Source: Spirochaetales bacterium (lineage in GTDB: Bacteria > Spirochaetota > Spirochaetia > DSM-2461). Taken from it: 64,000 bases of DNA. Every line of letters starts with the position of its first letter. Within the stretch, counting starts at the first letter, position 1. The stretch is taken from positions 1,394 to 65,393 of the forward strand of contig QKAW01000058.1 in the NCBI GenBank assembly GCA_003247135.1, in the 5' to 3' direction. This document shows positions 59,882 to 64,000 of this stretch, one piece after another. The notes beneath the pieces are model-generated. The model saw nothing but the letters and a program-made list of their open reading frames with translations. It made no database searches and had not been told where the DNA came from. The position numbers and the translations under genes are program-made.

Positions 59882-61125
59882 TGAAAAAAATAGTTCTAAC
59901 AATTTTACTGTCAACCATTGCTTTAAGTGTTTTTTCCCAATCTACATATTACGAAAAGAAATTTTCATTTAATAGTACAAGAACTTTGGCATTTGGTAAT
60001 ACTTTTACAGCTCAATCTAATGGGTTGGAATCTTTTGAATATAATCCTGCAGGATTAACTGAAGATGGAGACTTGACCCTCTTTAATACTAATTTTTCTT
60101 TAATATCAAACTTTGTTCAAATAAGCAAAGATCTTGTGGCTGATTATAACTCTGTTTATGGTACTGATAAATCATTTATAGAGTATAGTGATATCAGCTA
60201 TTTTTTAACTGAGGAGTACAGGCCAAAATTAATAAAAGTTTTACTCGATCAGGCTAGTAAACCATATCAAGATGGGAAATATGCAAATGGACTCGGTTTT
60301 GGAACATCTTTATCATTTGGTTATGCAGGTAATGGTATTGGTTTAGGTTTTATTCTTGGTTTGGATTCTGAAGTGTTCGGTGAAGATATAACTGATACTC
60401 AACTAAATAATATAGTTACAGCATCATTGCTTCTAGGTTATGGTTTATCAATTGATTTGGATATAATAGGAGTTGATGTAGGTATAGGTTTAAGACCTAT
60501 GTATAAAATAAGAACATCATCAAGCTTAAAACCGGTTGTGGATCTCTTATCTCAACCTGAGAGCCCGGATTTTATAACTTCTCTTTCATACAAAACCGGT
60601 ATTGGAATGGGTATTGATGTTGGAGCAAAAGCTCATTTTATGGGATTAACAGTAGGATTATCAATAATTGATTTATTTGGTACAAATGTTGTATATACTG
60701 AAAACAGTTATGAAAATATCTATAATGGTGTTTTTCTTGGAGATGCAACTTTACTTGATAAATATATAACTCCCGCAACTTTAAAAATTGGTTTAGCATA
60801 TAATCCGGACCTTGGTCTAATTAGTGGTATAATAAATCCAACATTAGCTTTAGATTACAATCTGATGTTTGTTGAAAATGGAACACTGGAAGACTATAAA
60901 AATCAGGGGAATTTCTGGACTAACCTCTCTATTGGTGCAGAGTTAGAGCTTTTATCCTTTGTAAATCTTCGATGTGGATTAAATCAGGGATATGTTACTG
61001 TTGGAGCTGGTGCTAGAATATTGTTCTTTGATTTAAGTTTTGCTGTTTATTCTAAAGAGTTAGGGGCAGAAGTTGGAGATAGGCAGCAAATGGGTGCCTC
61101 AATTGAATTTGGTGTTAAACTTTAA
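59881..61125 (+). CDS. FadL/PorV/TraF_2-like outer-membrane beta-barrel
   Basis: Signal peptide; STRTLAFGNTFTA...YNPAGL; Gly/aromatic-rich strands; LRCGLNQGY...Y..ELG...G. Confidence 0.7.
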   Translation: MKKIVLTILLSTIALSVFSQSTYYEKKFSFNSTRTLAFGNTFTAQSNGLESFEYNPAGLTEDGDLTLFNTNFSLISNFVQISKDLVADYNSVYGTDKSFIEYSDISYFLTEEYRPKLIKVLLDQASKPYQDGKYANGLGFGTSLSFGYAGNGIGLGFILGLDSEVFGEDITDTQLNNIVTASLLLGYGLSIDLDIIGVDVGIGLRPMYKIRTSSSLKPVVDLLSQPESPDFITSLSYKTGIGMGIDVGAKAHFMGLTVGLSIIDLFGTNVVYTENSYENIYNGVFLGDATLLDKYITPATLKIGLAYNPDLGLISGIINPTLALDYNLMFVENGTLEDYKNQGNFWTNLSIGAELELLSFVNLRCGLNQGYVTVGAGARILFFDLSFAVYSKELGAEVGDRQQMGASIEFGVKL

Positions 61126-61140
61126 TTTTGGAGAGATTTG

Positions 61141-61836
61141 GTGACTAAAATATATTTTTTAATATTATTATCACTATTTCTTTTTAGTTGTAGAAATATT
61201 TTTACAACAAATGTATTTTCTGATTTTAAAACTAATCCTGGAGAGATGTCCAGTGAACAGATATATGACTTTCTGGAGTCGACACCTCTAAATAAAATTT
61301 CTCCAGAAGATCTTTTGTCAGCTGAGGGAACACTTGCAGCATCCAGAGTAAAACCTAGTGCAGATGAGTTATCAAAGAATAGTCAGTTAAAGGAAAAGTA
61401 TTTAAAAGAGACTAAAATTCTTTTAGAAATAAACAAAGAACAGGCGGATATTTCGGGGCTAATATCCAGTGCATTAACAGCGGAAGGAGATCAGGGTAAT
61501 TCTCTTGTAAGCTCTATTTTGAGTGATTCTGATCGTTTGGCTAATATTGCCCAAGCGTCATCCTATGCTGTTGATGCTTTTGAAGCTGATCCTGAAAGTC
61601 TGGAGAGTTCAGATTTGATAATTGGAAGTGTAGGACTTTTGGGTGATATTTTAAGTGATGAGACTAGTACTAATAAATTAAAATCTCTGGATAATCTGGA
61701 AACATCTACATTGACCAACGCAGGTTTTAATACAGAAGAGATAAAAAAAATTCAAACAGCAGACTCAATGATAGATTTAGCTAAAAGCGGACTGGATGAA
61801 AGTATGAGTTCACTTTTTGAAGGATTACCATTTTGA
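61141..61836 (+). CDS. Lipoprotein, alpha-helical, unknown function
   Basis: LFLFSC lipobox; GGAG RBS; GTG 61141 or TTG 61138 start. Confidence 0.75.
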   Translation: MTKIYFLILLSLFLFSCRNIFTTNVFSDFKTNPGEMSSEQIYDFLESTPLNKISPEDLLSAEGTLAASRVKPSADELSKNSQLKEKYLKETKILLEINKEQADISGLISSALTAEGDQGNSLVSSILSDSDRLANIAQASSYAVDAFEADPESLESSDLIIGSVGLLGDILSDETSTNKLKSLDNLETSTLTNAGFNTEEIKKIQTADSMIDLAKSGLDESMSSLFEGLPF

Positions 61837-62981
61837 AAAAAATAGTTACTCTGCTAATTCTACTTCCTGTTTATCTATATTCTTTTAGTGACAGTTCCAG
61901 TAATATATCTGTATATAATAAAGGGTTGGGTGGAGCTCATACAGGTATGGCCTATGGGTTTAATACTTTTTTTAATAACCCTGCCTTATTCTCTTTATAT
62001 GAAGAGGATGTCTCCTTTTTTAGGTTTGGTACTAATATTAAAGGTGATACTTTAGATATTCTAAATATGTATTTAGGGAATGAGTTAAGCCTTGAAAATC
62101 CAGCCTTAATACTCTCCAAATTAAAAGAGAAAGAACTTGATTCTCTTTTAGTTGGATTAAATCTTTCAGGACCAATTAACATTGGAAAAATTTCCCGGAA
62201 TTGGGGTTGGGAATTAAGTAATATTTCAGATTTATTTATAAAACTTCCGAGTATAGCTTCTAATGCTGAAGTAATTATAAGGGAGGATGTTATGTTTTCC
62301 CTGGGGGTATCTTTTCCTTTTAAGGTTATGTTTGGAGACTCTTTTTTTATAGAGTTTTCTCCAGGGATTATGTCCAGAACAACTTTTAGAGGGGAAGTTA
62401 ATATAGACAGCGGATTGCTGGATATTTTCAATTATGCAAAAGATATAAATAATCTTCTATCAGTATATCCTGTCAAGTTTAGTCCTTTGTTTGCTGTAGA
62501 TCTTGGCTATATGATAAATATATATAATTTGTTTACATTATCCGGAGTAATAAAAGATCTTTATACTCCTATTTTAAAATATAATGCAACATCATTAGAC
62601 GATGTAGTGGCTGTTTTTACTAAAAGTAGCCAGACTGTAGGAAGTTTATTGTATCGAGAGATAAATATAGGACTGGCAATAAATATTCCAAGAGGACCAT
62701 TATCTGTTGTAGTAAGTGATATTGATTTTTATTTTGATTATTTTGATCTTTTACAATTTGAGCGTAATATATTATTACATTTAGGGGCTGGTCTGGATGT
62801 TGAACTTCTTAATAAGATTCATCTCTTAGGAGGACTAAATCAGGGTCTACTATCACTTGGTTTAAATGTCGATGTCGGAAGTCTTGAAGTAGGTTTTTCA
62901 ATGTATGGAACTGAGGAAGGAACTGAACCTGGTAGTAACAGTGTTTTCAACTTTATTTTAAGTGTTGGAATTTCATTATAA
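61833..62981 (+). CDS. FadL/PorV/TraF_2-like outer-membrane beta-barrel, paralog of 59881-61125
   Basis: KGLGGAHTG...FFNNPAL; LLGGLNQGL...YG.E.G..PG; terminal strand LSVGISL. Confidence 0.7.
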   Translation: MKKIVTLLILLPVYLYSFSDSSSNISVYNKGLGGAHTGMAYGFNTFFNNPALFSLYEEDVSFFRFGTNIKGDTLDILNMYLGNELSLENPALILSKLKEKELDSLLVGLNLSGPINIGKISRNWGWELSNISDLFIKLPSIASNAEVIIREDVMFSLGVSFPFKVMFGDSFFIEFSPGIMSRTTFRGEVNIDSGLLDIFNYAKDINNLLSVYPVKFSPLFAVDLGYMINIYNLFTLSGVIKDLYTPILKYNATSLDDVVAVFTKSSQTVGSLLYREINIGLAINIPRGPLSVVVSDIDFYFDYFDLLQFERNILLHLGAGLDVELLNKIHLLGGLNQGLLSLGLNVDVGSLEVGFSMYGTEEGTEPGSNSVFNFILSVGISL

Positions 62982-62984
62982 GTG

Positions 62985-63013
62985 TTGACTCTTTTTATGG
63001 AAGTCTATATATT
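62985..63013 (+). promoter_or_regulatory. Sigma70 promoter of the tRNA cluster
   Basis: TTGACT-N17-TATATT, 15 bp before the first tRNA. Confidence 0.65.
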
Positions 63014-63028
63014 TAGTTTTCGTTGAGC

Positions 63029-63101
63029 GGGCCGTTAGCTCAGTCGGTAGAGCAACGCCCTTTTAAGGCGTGGGTCGTTGGTTCGAATCCAACACGGCTC
63101 A
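63029..63101 (+). tRNA. tRNA-Lys(UUU), copy 1
   Basis: Cloverleaf; acceptor GGGCCGT/ACGGCTC; anticodon arm ACGCC-CTTTTAA-GGCGT; TTCGAAT T-loop; CCA not encoded. Confidence 0.97.
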
Positions 63102-63121
63102 AATCCTGGTAACAGGAACCA

Positions 63122-63193
63122 GTCTCGTTCGTCTAGGGGTTAGGACACAAGGTTTTCATCCTTGCAGCAGGGGTTCGATTCCCCTACGAGATG
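63122..63193 (+). tRNA. tRNA-Glu(UUC), copy 1
   Basis: Acceptor GTCTCGT/ACGAGAT; anticodon arm CAAGG-TTTTCAT-CCTTG; AGGGG-TTCGATT-CCCCT T arm. Confidence 0.97.
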
Positions 63194-63277
63194 ATCTCTG
63201 TAATTTTACAGAAATGTAGAGCTTAGGGCTTTACAAATATAGATGCTTTTATTATTATTCAAGCGTTATTATGACCC

Positions 63278-63350
63278 GGGCCGTTAGCTCAGTCGGTAGA
63301 GCAACGCCCTTTTAAGGCGTGGGTCGTTGGTTCGAATCCAACACGGCTCA
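63278..63350 (+). tRNA. tRNA-Lys(UUU), copy 2
   Basis: Identical to copy 1. Confidence 0.97.
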
Positions 63351-63370
63351 AATCCTGGAAACAGGTACTA

Positions 63371-63442
63371 GTCTCGTTCGTCTAGGGGTTAGGACACAAG
63401 GTTTTCATCCTTGCAGCAGGGGTTCGATTCCCCTACGAGATG
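63371..63442 (+). tRNA. tRNA-Glu(UUC), copy 2
   Basis: Identical to copy 1. Confidence 0.97.
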
Positions 63443-63462
63443 TTATTTTTTTATTAAGACCC

Positions 63463-63535
63463 GGGCCGTTAGCTCAGTCGGTAGAGCAACGCCCTTTTAA
63501 GGCGTGGGTCGTTGGTTCGAATCCAACACGGCTCA
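63463..63535 (+). tRNA. tRNA-Lys(UUU), copy 3
   Basis: Identical to copy 1. Confidence 0.97.
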
Positions 63536-63556
63536 AATCCTGGAATACAGGTACTA

Positions 63557-63628
63557 GTCTCGTTCGTCTAGGGGTTAGGACACAAGGTTTTCATCCTTGC
63601 AGCAGGGGTTCGATTCCCCTACGAGATG
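63557..63628 (+). tRNA. tRNA-Glu(UUC), copy 3
   Basis: Identical to copy 1. Confidence 0.97.
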
Positions 63629-63630
63629 AT

Positions 63631-63661
63631 AAGCAGATAATTTATTATCTGCTTTTTTTTT
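63631..63661 (+). terminator. Intrinsic terminator after the tRNA cluster
   Basis: AAGCAGATAA-ttta-TTATCTGCTT followed by a long T run. Confidence 0.85.
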
Positions 63662-63702
63662 GCTTAAAATTATAGTATATTTATTATCATTAAGGAGATT
63701 GG

Positions 63703-64000
63703 ATGTCTAATAAGATTTTATTAAAAGCTGAGGCTTTAGACGGGTTTTTAACTGAAGAGGATAATAAAAACATTTTAAAAATGACTAAGCTCTATGAAGA
63801 CACTATGTTATGCTTTAAGAATTTAGATCAGAAACAGAGTAATTATCAGGAAATAAAAGAACAAATAATTAAAAAATATCAAGATATGGGCGAATTAATG
63901 AAGGATATTTCTTCTAAGGAGAAAGATCTTAAAATTTATGCTTTTGAAACACATCAGACAAAGCACGGAGAGGCTTCTAGAATTATAGCAAAGCTAAGGG
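63703..64000 (+). CDS. upp: Partial CDS running off the window; probable spirochete-type uracil phosphoribosyltransferase with N-terminal extension
   Basis: AAGGAG RBS; MSNKILLKAEALDGFLTEED...IYAFETHQTKHGEASRIIAKLR resembles the recalled N-terminus of long treponemal UPRTs; catalytic region lies outside the window. Confidence 0.55.
   Translation, partial: MSNKILLKAEALDGFLTEEDNKNILKMTKLYEDTMLCFKNLDQKQSNYQEIKEQIIKKYQDMGELMKDISSKEKDLKIYAFETHQTKHGEASRIIAKLR

Larger units (their letters stand above)
63029..63628 (+). repeat. Three tandem direct repeats of a ~165-bp Lys-Glu tRNA unit
   Basis: Units start at 63029, 63278 and 63463; tRNA bodies identical, spacers differ. Confidence 0.95.

Noticed and set aside
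1022-62431. Many short antisense or alternate-frame ORFs in the track (e.g. 1022-1453, 7747-8058, 44569-44892, 58464-58817, 61952-62431)
   Set aside because: They lie within or largely overlap well-supported genes and have no recognisable motifs; shadow ORFs
59881-62981. Conjugative element suggested by TraF-like barrels next to tRNAs
   Set aside because: No integrase, relaxase, VirB4/VirD4 or other tra genes in the window
63029-63628. Repeat-spacer pattern suggesting a CRISPR array
   Set aside because: Repeats are full tRNA cloverleafs and no cas genes are present
63319-63675. 118-aa ORF with an internal repeat
   Set aside because: Artefact of translating the tandem tRNA genes

Overview
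AT-rich bacterial chromosomal window, most likely from a free-living spirochete (Spirochaetaceae-like). This is inferred from gene order and protein families recalled from memory: fliS-ORF-polA-coaE-SPOR, comEC-rsmA near pta, degenerate xanthine-dehydrogenase-like genes, spirochete-type lipoboxes and a long N-terminally extended UPRT. Layout: (1) 64-683, a decayed IS1380-family element not seen as such by the ORF track. (2) 870-17011, a very AT-rich Wzx/Wzy surface-glycan locus with four GT4 glycosyltransferases, two acyltransferases, an AsnB-like amidotransferase, a complete WbpA/B/E/D/I-type route to 2,3-diacetamido-2,3-dideoxy-hexuronic acids, and a WecA-like initiator. (3) 17108-24919, envelope genes: two paralogous exported proteins, two Wzi-like barrels, an mntA antitoxin whose hepT toxin has been deleted, a GT4 and an Omp85-like protein. 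(4) 24965-58870, mostly housekeeping genes (aroB, hrpA, PIN-PhoH, fliS, polA, coaE, cysE, KamA, dnaE, comEC, rsmA, dapAB, pta, tyrA), plus an unannotated CTG-start ORF between fliS and polA and a catalytically degenerate XDH-like trimer. (5) 58934-62981, two tandem translationally coupled lipoprotein + FadL/PorV/TraF-like beta-barrel pairs, the best candidate for an undescribed system. (6) 63029-63628, three tandem tRNA-Lys(UUU)-tRNA-Glu(UUC) units, followed by the start of a probable upp. All family calls come from motif recognition; no database searches were run.
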